Assembly (NCBI GenBank): GCA_040357565.1
Contig: JBDODJ010000030.1
Strand: one strand, 5' to 3'
Length of the DNA stretch: 64,000 nucleotides
From: Cercozoa sp. M6MM
Taxonomy: Eukaryota; Protista; Endomyxa: Ascetosporea
How positions within the stretch are numbered: the first letter of the stretch is position 1; each line of letters opens with the position of its first letter. The position numbers and the translations under genes are program-made. The notes under the pieces are model-generated. The model searched no databases. It had not been told where the DNA came from and worked only from the letters and a program-made list of their open reading frames with translations. Below are positions 48,183-64,000 of the stretch, in pieces.

Positions 48183-50384
48183 CTAGTCCACGACTGCTGT
48201 ATGTTGTTGTTGTTGCTGTTGCTGGGCGAGTCGCGACTGCAGTGTCGTCCAGCACACGGCGCGCGCGTCCATACCGACGTGCTGCGACAGTTGCGAGCAC
48301 ATGCCGAGTGTTTGTGCCCACACCTGCGGGTCCTGCAGGTAACAGAAGGAACAACATCGGGCAAAGACAAAGGCAAGCGTGTGTTGTCGGTGTACGTGGG
48401 GCAGTGTCGCCAGCCAGCGCGACACGGAGCGACTGATGCTCATAAAGAAGGTGCGCGGAATCGCCAGTCGTGCTTCCTCTGTCAAGCGTTGAAGCAGAAC
48501 TAGAAAGAAGGTAAAGTGCGCGTTGGTTGTACCAGTGACAGCGATGTGAAACGTCTGATTCAGCACGGCAACAAACGTTGCGACATGGCGCGGTTCCACT
48601 GTGCTCCCTAGAATAAACTCAACTCCACCTAGAATAAAATGCAGTCACACTCAACTCCCATCCTATTTACGCCCTTAGACACGTAGAGAAACTACGTATG
48701 TGTAAAAGTACCCTGTTTACAAGTAACACAGGCTCGCAACAACTTCGCGCACTCGGCGTCGGTGCACATGAACAGGGTGTCTTGCAACAAGGCACGAACC
48801 ATGTCTGTCGTTTTCTGTGCCAGAGTTTCTCTACACAGACCGAAATTTCAGGCAATTAAAAAGCACAGACATAACTTTACCTTTCAGTGGTCAATGGAAG
48901 GAAGCAAGAGAGTGAAGCAAGCTGGCCCTGTGCTGCGCGTCGAAACGCCTGAACTGTTTCATTGTTCGCAGCAACTAAAGTAGCTTCTGATTCTTCAGCT
49001 GTTTTCGTGTGCTTTCGCAACAGCGCGCGCACTGCGAGCGCCAGTTCGACCGTTTTCGGGGTCAGCAGACGCCTTCGCTGCCACTCGACGCACCTGCCAA
49101 GTCAACGAGAATGATGCAAAAAAGCAAGTCCAACCAACAGTACAACCAACAACTTCAGTACCTTGTCAAAAAGTGAGTTACGACTTGGCGTCGTTGTGCA
49201 CTTTCGGCACCTGCAAAAGCGAAAGTGTCGAGACAACGGCAGTCACAAACGAAGAAGAAAAGGATACCGTAGAAAGTATCATTCAGTGCTTTCGGCGACA
49301 GAGAGGTCAGCAGTACCTTGAGCGACCGCAGGATGCGTCGCGTCAGTTGAATGCGGTGGAAGCGAGTGACCGAAGTGCCGTCTTGCAGTGCCACTCGCCT
49401 CCTTTTGTTCGGCGTGTCCACCTCGACTGGTCTGCAAACATCACTTGCCACTCGCGGCAAAAAGTACACACACACAAGTGACTGAGACAAGTGAAATACT
49501 CAAACGCCGAAAGTTTCGCACATCTCGACACAAGCACGACATCAACGAATTCAGTGGCATCGACGTGATCGCTGCCGCGGCTCTTTTGTGCCTTTTTCTT
49601 GTGCGGAAACATCGTCTCTACCATGGCACGAAAGCCGTCCTCCTCGTCCTCCTCTTCGTCTTGCGAGTCATAGCCTTCAACTTCGATATCGGTTGGTGTC
49701 TGGTCCAGCAGCTGACTCAACAGGCGGCACAGCAGCGAAGACTCGCCGCCCAGTTTGCTCACGCACAGTGGTTTCATCTTCAGCAGCACTCGCATCTAAA
49801 CACACACAACACAAAGACACATGCACTGACAGTGCTTTTTGAGAATGAACGCTACAAGAATGCGTCCGCGCGGAGCACTCAGCAGAGCGTCACACAGCAC
49901 GCGCTGCAGCAGCATCTCTGGGTACAGCAGCGCAATGCGCGACATCTTGCTCAAAGCATCGGCATCGAAATCCGACGTTCTCACCTGTATTGAAATAGCC
50001 ATAATGAAAGCAAGTGAAGCCAGGCAAGTGAAAGCAAGCAAAGGCAAGTGGAAGAAAAACGTGCAATACCGTAGAGTTCAATACTGCGGTCAGAACGGAC
50101 ATTGCAAACTCCTCCGAACTCAGGTCGTCATTCTGCGCTTGTGCATCGCTGTCTTCTTGCTTCTTCGTGATTCTGTGCTCCTGTCGCCAGTATGCGTCTC
50201 TGATATCGGCCTTCACTCTGGCCGGCAGCAAGTCGTACAGGCGCAGCACCTACAGCAAGCAGAGTCCAAGGGCCAATCCTGCAGGGTAACATTTGAATAC
50301 CCGGGCGAATCTGTCTCGGAAATCGGCATCTGAGAGCGCGAGCACTCCAAGTTCACTATTAACGATGTCGCTAGGCCTCGACAT
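48183..50384 (-). CDS. Hypothetical alpha-helical (solenoid-like) protein
   Basis: Multi-exon Leu-rich helical ORFs (RIALLYPEMLLQRVLCDAL; acidic loop DSQDEEEDEED); ends with poly-Q then TAG. Confidence 0.55.
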
Positions 50385-50514
50385 TGCTATGAAAATGACC
50401 ACGACGGGATTGTTTTTCTTTTATCTTTTCTAGCCTCAGCGGGAGAATCCTTACTAGTTTAAACAAGTGCTTTACGCTGACAGACACTCAGAATTGAGTG
50501 CAAAAAAGTGTCTA

Positions 50515-52019
50515 ATGCCTCGTCGTCAACGAGCCAAATTCACCGATTCGTATGTTGTTTTCAGGTGCTTTTTTGCACAACAGGTCTGACGTGTTGCCTG
50601 TCTTTCAGTCTGCACGAGTTCGGAAAGATTCCAGTCGTGCCAATCACCAGAGTATAGTGGTTGTTTGTTTGCGTTCTGTCGTGGTATCGGGATGCCTGTG
50701 CAGGAGTCAGTAGTTGGTGGCTGGACCAAGTTTCTCGAGGATTCGCAGAAGCAACTCGGTTCGGATTGGCGAACAAACGTCGGCGTGGTAACCTTTCCTT
50801 TTTTCTGCGATGCTTTGCGCTTTTTTTAAAACCTTCATTTATGTGGCACAGTTCGCCGGTCGCTTGCCGCGAGGACAAAGCTGGGCGTCATTTTGGAACC
50901 AAGAGCGCATCTTCGCCGAGCACTACCTCGATCAAGTGCGATGCGCGTACTCTTCTTTCTGCGATACTTTCTGCTTTTTGCTTTCGTATATAGAACATGT
51001 ATGTCTGTATATATATAGAGGTAGATTTATATATATATATATAATATAGATGTATGTATACAGCGAGGTGCGCGTGATGGTTCTCGGGAAAATAATGGGC
51101 GAGCTGCAGATGTGCCAAATTGTTTCTTCCTTCTTGTGTGTGTGTGTGTGTGCCAAAAAAAGAGAGAGAGAGAGTGTGCTGTTGTGAAGTGATGTGGCGC
51201 CTTTCTACGACGTTCCCAGTGCGAAGACGCATCAGAACCTGTCGTTGGATGTATTGGGACTGACCAACTCGATCTCACTTCGCGACTTCGTGGAGATTGC
51301 GCGTGACATTGATGCCAGTCCCGAGTTGCAGACACAAGAGGTGCCACAGCTTATGTTATTGCCTGTGTGTGTGTATGCTATTGCTTGTGTTCGTGTGTTG
51401 CTAGGACGAAGTTAAGCACCGCGAAAACTTGTACTGGCTGCGCGTGCAGCGAGCTGTATCTCCTTTTCCTCTTCTAGCTGTTTGTGCTTTTCGGTGTGTA
51501 AAATTCGTGTGTTTGGAGCAGTTGAAGAAGCGAGCGAGCACGTCAGTTCCACTCATGGTTTCGAAACGACTGAGCGAACGCGACGAAATTCTGAGTGATG
51601 GTCAGTTTTTGTTTTTGCCTGTTGACCAAACTAACTGAACTGATTGGACTGACTGGGCTGATTGACTGGCTGTTGATCGATTTGATCGGGAGTAGATGAC
51701 GACATGGACTTGCTTGTGATGCTGCGCAATCGGAGTCGAAAGAGACGACGCGTGCTGAGCAAGAACGACGTCGCTGATGCGGATGAAATGTCAGCGGCGG
51801 CATCGACGGCGATCGAAACTTCGTGCACGGACTCGTCGGATGAGTCCTCCTCCGACTGGGACACTTCTTCTGATGGTACACTCGGGATTTGCTGTGCCTT
51901 TGATTTCTTTGTTTCTCTTGTTACCTTGCTTCTGCCAGAGGAGGAAAACGAAGTGACGAGTGTGCTGAATGACTGCATTCGAAATGCCGTCCTGAGGTAG
52001 ATGATTCCTTAGCTTCTCC

Positions 52020-52068
<49 letters not shown>

Positions 52069-52078
52069 NNNNNNNNNN

Positions 52079-52132
<54 letters not shown>

Positions 52133-52711
52133 CGCACACACGCACACAGCTAAGTTTTCTCGGTGTGTTTTGTAGAACAGAACGACGCGAGAAGTTCGAC
52201 TTTTCGCCAATGTCGAATCAGTGTAAAACTGGCTGCTGGGAGCATGGTTTTTAGCAACTGAAACAAAAGGTATAAGCAGGTTTGTACGCCATCTGCACCG
52301 ACGGCCGGACACTCTTCGAAACACAGAACGGCCGGCACTCGCCGTTCGCGTGTCCGCGACTTGACACGTTGCTGTCTCACGGCTTTCTAACACTGCTATT
52401 TTTTGGATTGTTCTGACTGTGTTGTGTTGTTGTGTACAGAAAGCAAATGCTAGGTCAGGCCGTGCTTCCGGGCATCACAACTTGTATACTTCTCTTTTTA
52501 TTTATCTATGCATGTACGTGCACTGTTGTGATGTTGCTGCAGCCTTCTTGTACTACGGCAGCTACGGAAGCAGTTTCCAGTGGCACCTCGAGGTATACAA
52601 CGTGACACAATCGTTGAGTTAAAACTACCTCATGCGGTCATGGTCAGGACTGCGACTTCTTCTCGGTCAACTTTCTGCACGCTGGTCGACCCAAGGTAGT
52701 CAAAGCAATTG

Positions 52712-52764
<53 letters not shown>

Positions 52765-52945
52765 GGTTACAAGGACGATGTAAACGCTCTAGGTCTGGTA
52801 CACGGTGGCTCCGAAACACCGGCGTCGGTTCGAACTGCTGGTGCGCAAGATGTTTCGCAACGCCACACGTTCGTGTCCGCGTCCGATGGCGCACAAGACC
52901 ATTGTACACTGACTTGTGTATATGTGTGTATGCGTGTGTGTGTGT

Positions 52946-52992
<47 letters not shown>

Positions 52993-53752
52993 TTGTGTGC
53001 AACTTAACTTGGCAGGTGATTGACCCGCGTGATCTCGTGGCGGCCGGAATCAAAGTCAATCGTTTCGTGCAGTACCCCGGGTACAGTATCCCGTCCTTCC
53101 AGTATCTGTTTGTCTGTGGAAGGGAATACACTTACTCTTTGCCGCAGTGACTACGTCATTTTGTACCCGGACACGTACCACAGCGGCTTCAACACCGGCC
53201 TCAACTGCGCTGTACCTTTCTGTATGTGGAGGGGGTAGTGGGGCATCAACTTTCTGTGTGCAGGAGTCAGTGAACTTTGCAACGGCCGAGTGGCTGCCGC
53301 ATGGCGATCGCGCACTGTCGCAGGTGCACCGACTCGTGCAGGAGAAGCTCTGCTTCTGTCGCAACAGCATCGCTTTCGCCTCAGATGGTTCTTTTGACCT
53401 TTTGATGTTCGGTTTCGTTTATTTTCTCTTGTGCTGGGGTCGCTAGACTCCTACCTGTACGTGCATGAACTGGTACGCCAGGAGATGCAGAAACGCAACG
53501 TACTTTTTTTTTACAAGTCTTTTGAGTCACTTCAATCTTGCACTAATTGTTGTGGTGACGTTAACTCCGCAGCTGCCAATCAAAACGGCAGCAGAACACT
53601 TGGCAGCATTTGAGGCTGACATGAAGGCTTGCAAGTACATTTGCATTGTTTTTTCTAAGAATTCTATCGATTATATTCTCGTTTATGAGCTTAGACGAAA
53701 GATCGAGGAGTATAACGCACGTGCCTTGCACTTGGAGCACCCGTACAGATGA
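50515..53752 (+). CDS. JmjC histone lysine demethylase, KDM4/JMJD2-like
   Basis: [90 protein letters not shown]..CFC; HxE..H iron ligands and Zn-type C/H/CxC; JmjN-like KIPVVPIT. Confidence 0.9.
52022..52148. repeat. (CA)n microsatellite with 10-N gap in KDM4-like intron
   Basis: CA run. Confidence 0.95.
52714..52990. repeat. (CA)n 52714-52761 and (TG)n ~52915-52990 in consecutive introns
   Basis: Complementary dinucleotide tracts flanking exon 52793-52903. Confidence 0.9.
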
Positions 53753-54254
53753 CGGCGCACGGGCGCAGGTGATTCTATGTTCTGTCAATTAAACGAAACA
53801 CTCCGTCTGTCCCGCCCGTCGCTTCAGCCCGCGGCCGCGAATTACCATGCACGCTAGCGCTACCGTACTTAGTTCAGTCTGCTACGCTAAGAACAGAAAC
53901 CAACTCCTATATACCCCTGCCCGCCCAGGATGTCCACTGCTTTTGAAGTTCCCCAGGACACCTTCAAGGTTGATATGTACGCTAGCGCCACAGTCCGTCA
54001 TAGAAGGAACTGGATTGATACAGAAAGCGTGCAATTCATCGCGCGATCGGATACATGTACGGTACCACCGGATCGAGTTTGATTGAATGTACGCTCGGTC
54101 ATCCATCGGATGGAAATTAAATAGAATCCCGCCACGCACCGCCGCGCACCGGCTTTACTCAAGTTCATACGACGTCGTCGTTGCTTCCCAGTCCAGCGCG
54201 AACTCTTCCGTCACGGTGGACTCGACGAGGTGCTGAAACAGTTGCGGACGCAGC

Positions 54255-59036
<4,782 letters not shown>

Positions 59037-59312
59037 AATTGAATTGAGGACACCCACGCTCGCGATCGGCCTCGATCCGGTCCGCACGCCACACAGACAG
59101 AAAACACGCGGTTAGCCCGCACGAGTGCTCTAATTTCCGTTGGTCGTAGCTTCTCTTTTTTTTAAATTTTGCGGTCAACAACCGAACAATCGGCCACGCT
59201 GACGCAAATTATATCCAGTTGTTCCAAAGAACCAGACTACCTGCGGCAGCTGCCTTACACTGGTGGTTGGTTTAGCATAGTTTAGCGGAGGCTAGCTCAG
59301 TAACGTAAACTG

Positions 59313-60900
59313 CTATTTTCGCCTGCGGAAAGGCTTTCGCTGGCCGTGAGCGCCGCCAGCTCCGCGCTTTGGCTTGCTAGGACCGGTGCAAGACGCGACG
59401 TGTCGCTCATAGTAGGTTTTTTTCTGGTACTATTCAATCGGAGTAGATTTTGACACTGGCAATAAATAAAAAGGGAAAAATAAAGGTACAGTTTTCTGGC
59501 ACTTGGGACAGATCATCGGCGCCTTTTTCGCTGCTGTTGACGAAGATTTCGTTGGCTTTCTCAAGCCACCACCCTTGGCGGTGTGACTGCTGGAGCGACT
59601 GTTGCTTTTGCTGGGTGGAAGTGCTTTCGGCGGATTCTTGTCACGATGCTTCATCCAGTGAGACGCTTGCGCGTATCGGCTAAAGCAAGGTTGGAAGCAA
59701 ACTCAACATAAACACACAACAAAGAAGGCTAGGGTACAGTTTGGAATCTCGAGGTGCTGCCAAGAAGCCGTCTTTGTCGCCGTTGTCGCACAGATTAACT
59801 AGTGCGCGTTTCTTGTTTTGATTTTGACTGCAAAAAGAGAAACGCTGAAACAAATTTCATGTGTCCGGAAAGAAAAGATACCGAGCAAACTGAGCAACTG
59901 CGCTTTCGTTATGGTCATTGTTGTTGTTGTCGCTGTTGTTGTCGCCGTTGTTGTCATCGTTGCTGCCAGTAATGGCTCCGCCGAGGTTCGACACATTCGC
60001 AGGGGCCAGAAAAGCATAGCCATGTACGATATCGACATTGTTCAGCAGCAATTTCGTTCCTGGCTTTATCGCAAACGGCAGTGTTCGGTATTCGATGGCG
60101 ATGCTGCCAAACAACACTTTCAGATCAGAAGCTGGGCTGACTGTATGAACGGGGAAAATCAGTACAATCGCTGTTTGCCGTCAGTCACGACGAGACGTCG
60201 CATGGTGGTTCTCGTGATCCTTTGCTGCAGAAACAAGTCAGAAAAGTAGACAGCAATTCTTGAACAAAACTACCTCTTCTTCTTCCTCGGCGTTATCGGC
60301 GAATTTATCGATGAACTCAGGCTCGTGTGCCTTGCTGATGTCGCGAATCAACTCGACTTGCACCAAGGCCTGTTGGAACGTGCTTCAATCACAAATGTTA
60401 GTCACAAATTGAGTAAAATTACTTTCTTGATCGAAGCCATTCGCTGATCTGTCAACCTTGGCGGTAGCAGCGATCTGCTGACAGCAGCGCGCAGGTCGCT
60501 CACCAGCAACACATCCAGTATACGTGCTGCTGATGTCTGCGCAGACACTCTGTTCGCATGTGTTTTAGTTAAAAGAAGGTCACAACGCACCTCGACATCG
60601 CCAGGGACTACCAGTTCCGAACAAGCCTGCAACCAGTCGACACAAAGGCACACCGAGAGACGCTCAAAGCTGCGACGGACAGAACCAAAAAAACACAAAT
60701 GAAGCTGGCGCCAAAAAACGACACTAATTGCACTAACGCACTATTCCAGCAGCTCTGACTGCATCCAGAGACTGCATACACACGCTGGGTGCTGTCGAAA
60801 ATTTCAGGAGCACAGCACCGCCAAGCAGCTGAAAAACGTGAAACTCTCGACTTGGGAAATGAAAGATTGGCATTGGTATTTGTGCAAGGAGAAATCAAAT
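59313..60900 (-). CDS. RMI1: RMI1-like (DUF1767 + OB fold) protein with C-terminal C2HC zinc finger
   Basis: VDWLQAC..ILDVLLVSDLRAAVSRSLLP; RRLVVTDGKQ..IAIEYRTLPFAIKPGTKLLL..GYAFLAPANVSNLGG; C-terminal CPKCQKTYQKKTYYERHVASC; start uncertain; TDRD3 shares this OB fold. Confidence 0.7.
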
Positions 60901-61005
60901 CCCTAGAAAATCCCTAGAACATGAGCGGGGAGTAGTGACTTGTGTTCCAGCATCTTTTCACTGTCGCAAAACATCATCGCGGCAGGTGCTAAGACGTCCA
61001 CAGAA

Positions 61006-61006
<1 letters not shown>

Positions 61007-61054
<48 letters not shown>

Positions 61055-61064
61055 NNNNNNNNNN

Positions 61065-61111
<47 letters not shown>
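61007..61111. repeat. (CA)n microsatellite with 10-N gap
   Basis: CA run. Confidence 0.95.
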
Positions 61112-61115
<4 letters not shown>

Positions 61116-61207
61116 TAAGTGGCCTGGTTTGTCGTCAGGATGACATTAGGGGAAGAGGTAATATATTTTAACACTTTGCTGCTTGTTCTAAGACCAGATT
61201 TTGGTGT

Positions 61208-63283
61208 TCATTGGTGAGCAATACTCCTGGATCTCGACAATTTATCCAGAGCCGGTTCAGCACCCCTTGGGTTACCGCTGAAATAGAACTTTACAATGCG
61301 TTCATGTGCTCGCCCAGATCGGATGATTGTCTGGTCGTAGCAGCGAGTCAAAATCTGGCATCTGGCTCCGATGTGCGCCGGCGTGAGCAGGTGATTGGAC
61401 ACCTTCAGCACTATAGTTTTAAAAAAAAAACACGCAAGCTTATCAGCTGTACCCCTCGAGTTGATTCCGAAAATCTGCAAGATCCCGCGGGCGTCACTGG
61501 TGAACTTGACAACAGCGTGGTGCTTCTCGATGAGTCCGATAAGTTTGGCGAAAGCGACTGCACGCAAAGGTACACAAGATTCAATTTTGTACAATGAACC
61601 AAAGGTACGAATGTCATCAACGGTGACGTCGAGGTACTCCAGCTGCGGGCCGAGCGACTGCTGCATCTCAGTGATGCTCACAGCAGGGCCAAGAAGTCCT
61701 TCGCGCTCTTCAGCCTGGTTGCGCTCGCTAATCTGCAGAACGCTATCGAGCAGCAAAGTCACAAACTGGCGCACGCGGTGTGGAGGCATGTGAAGCATCT
61801 TCGCTGGCGGGAGGTTTTCTTCGCCGGCCAGCACGCCCGAAATGTTTGCAAACACCATCAAGTTTCGGTCGCAATTTGTACTGAGAAACAAAACGACCAC
61901 TTCAATAAGCAACTGAGGTTAAATTTAAATTTAAACATACAAATCGGTGTGCTGGCGTAGCACTGTCAGCGAAAGGGCCTCCTCGCTGTCGCGTGGTCGA
62001 ATGCTCGACAGACTCGTGCTGTTGTCGAGCATTAAATTGAGCGCTCTCTTCGTGAAAGCAAAAGTAGTAAACCAACGTCAGTTCACAGCTATAAAATACG
62101 CTTTCTACCTGCAAAACCGATCGCTCTGTCATTCGCAGGTGTTGAATTTCTGTGTTGCCCAAAAGTGCGTCATCAGATGCCTTCTGAGGCGAGTCATCGA
62201 GTCGGACTCTCAAAGGCTGTGGCGGCACAGAAATTAAGCAGAAAGACTAGTAAAGACGAAAATAGTAAAGATTATTACCGTGGAAAGCTTGTGCTGGCCG
62301 AGATGCTTCGCTTCATGCAGTATTCTCACGGCGTAGGCGGCCTCGCGAGGAGAGCCAAAGACTGCTGTGCCGCGACGACCGATCTTAGCGCCTCTGGATG
62401 CTTTCAGTTCAAAGTTCAGCAAGTTGCCGCACGAGCGAAGAGCTTTTTCAACCACCTGAGCACAATCACCATGTGCAAGAACAGCACACACTCAAAGCTA
62501 CGGTATTGTACCTCAGTTGGAGTCTGTCCCGGAGCCTTTATGCGTACCGTGCAAGCAGGATTAGCTGTCACAATTACCGTGGCTGGTTCGTGAGTTTCAA
62601 ACGTGGTACGTCCGCGCGGTGTCGACACGGTTGACTCGCTACTGATTGAATGCACAGATGAGACTGGACTAGTAATTGTGTGTCGCGGAGGCAGCAACGA
62701 GCTCAGCGGCGAAACGCTATGCAAGAAAAACCGAAAATAGTCATTTCGTATACTAGAACTATATACATTACTTGTCAAAAACGGGAAGTCGCTCTTTGAT
62801 AAAGCAAGCAACCGCTGTGAGTTGTGGGTTGCTGCGACTCTTGACTCGCCTTCCACAAAGCAACTCTCCCTGTGAGACAAACCCACAGCGCGAAAAGGCA
62901 AACTGAAAGTTCACCTCAGCACTGGGAGAAGTGCTCTTGCGATCGACAGGTTGTGCAGGACCAGCCGGATGTCTTGATAACCTTGTTTCTCATTGAGGAC
63001 GAGTGTCGCTTCGCTCACAAACTCAATGTCGTCCACGAGGCGCACACATTCGACTGTGACAGCCGGAAAAGCATGCTACAAAACAGGTTACACCCAGACC
63101 CGATCCTCCATGCAAAGGACTTGATACCTCGAACCCCATAAACCGCTGCAGAAGCTCAGTCCGGCCAATAAGTATGATGTGCGCAAACTGCTCGCTTCCA
63201 AAAAGAACTTTGACAAACTGCTCGCTTCCAACGTCTGTCAGCTCGGCTGCTAATTTCTCGTCACAGGACACCACTAGCAACAT
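61208..63283 (-). CDS. MARF1/Limkain-b1-like protein (partial NYN, RRM, possible LOTUS)
   Basis: LLVVSCDEKLAAELTDV..AHIILIG resembles the C-terminal half of the NYN domain; RRM-like VVEKALRSCGNLLNFEL..RGTAVFGSPREAAYAVRILHEAKHLGQHKL; helical C-terminal domain. Confidence 0.5.
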
Positions 63284-63462
63284 TTTGCTAACTACGTGCC
63301 ATTCAAGCGAGATTAGGTGGTCGAGACCCCCTATGCCGAAGGACAGGGTTCCTGACCGTCATCATCCGGCGGAACCAGATAATTCTTTTGTTTTTTATTT
63401 TTTTTTCTTTTCGCTCTCCTCACACAGACTCGGAAGATTCCTTCGAAGATGACGCGCTGCTT

Positions 63463-64000
63463 TCACTCAACGGTGTCGTTTTGGCGACTTCTGGATGTGG
63501 ACCCGCTAAAGTCATGAAGTTGCTCCTGCAATTCTGCTTTTTCGAACACAGGCTCCTCTTTGCTGTGAGATGTGCTGGTGCATTTGACGCCAAAAGCTAC
63601 GACGAGGCAGATGCAGCATGAAGCAAGGATCAACAGTGGCACCAGCAATGCTATAGACACGTCTGAGTCATCGGAAGCCTGCGGGTTGTCCGCTTCGGGA
63701 GGAGAAGGCGTTGCTCCAGGGAGGGTGGTCGTTGTAGTGTTGGCAAGCGCCACACAAGCCGGGAAGCTTGGTGCCAGCAGCCCCGTTGAAGTCGAGCATC
63801 TCGGAATTGCCGCTCCGCTTGGGACACCAAAGTTCGGGTTGCATACAGGTGCGCATGGTTGGTCTGCCAGTACGATGGGGCCTTGGCAAGGAGCCCCATT
63901 CACAACGGTCGTGTTTCTGCACGCACTTGCGTTGTTTCATGAAGCTAAAGCATAGAAATAGAGTCTCTGATTTTTACACGTCGCTAATGTTGCATGCCGC
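63463..64000 (-). CDS. 3' end of type I membrane protein with Cys-rich (sushi/CCP-like) module and Thr/Pro stalk
   Basis: CRNTTVVNGAPC..CAPVCNPNFG..RC..PAC, TTTTTLPG stalk, TM IALLVPLLILASCCICLVVAFGV, short tail. Confidence 0.65.

Noticed and set aside
54000-54040. U6 snRNA-like segment (ggattgatacagaaag) downstream of a TATA
   Set aside because: ACAGAGA box is imperfect and the invariant AGC/ISL sequence is absent

Overview
Gene-dense, intron-rich eukaryotic (protist-type) nuclear DNA. It uses the standard genetic code, short GT-AG introns (mostly ~45-120 nt, weak donor consensus) and very short intergenic spacers, so the six-frame ORF track captures only exon fragments. All gene models below were spliced by eye and their boundaries are approximate. 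Recognisable genes: MAD2, an ABHD17-like serine hydrolase, a TBC1D13-like RabGAP, separase, a PX-domain protein, an OGFr-domain protein, a mitochondrial DTC/oxoglutarate carrier, a bromodomain-ET protein, RPL13A, NRDE2-like, a class 3 lipase, a KDM4-like JmjC demethylase, RMI1-like and a MARF1-like protein. Most notable observations: (1) a head-to-head pair of paralogous small secreted cysteine-rich proteins with a shared cysteine framework, visible only after splicing; (2) a class of C-rich (TTTACCCCC-type) introns oriented with the sense strand, plus a ~150-bp inverted-repeat-bounded element carrying the same sequence; (3) several other orphan secreted or surface Cys-rich proteins. No tRNA, rRNA, CRISPR array or transposase was recognised.
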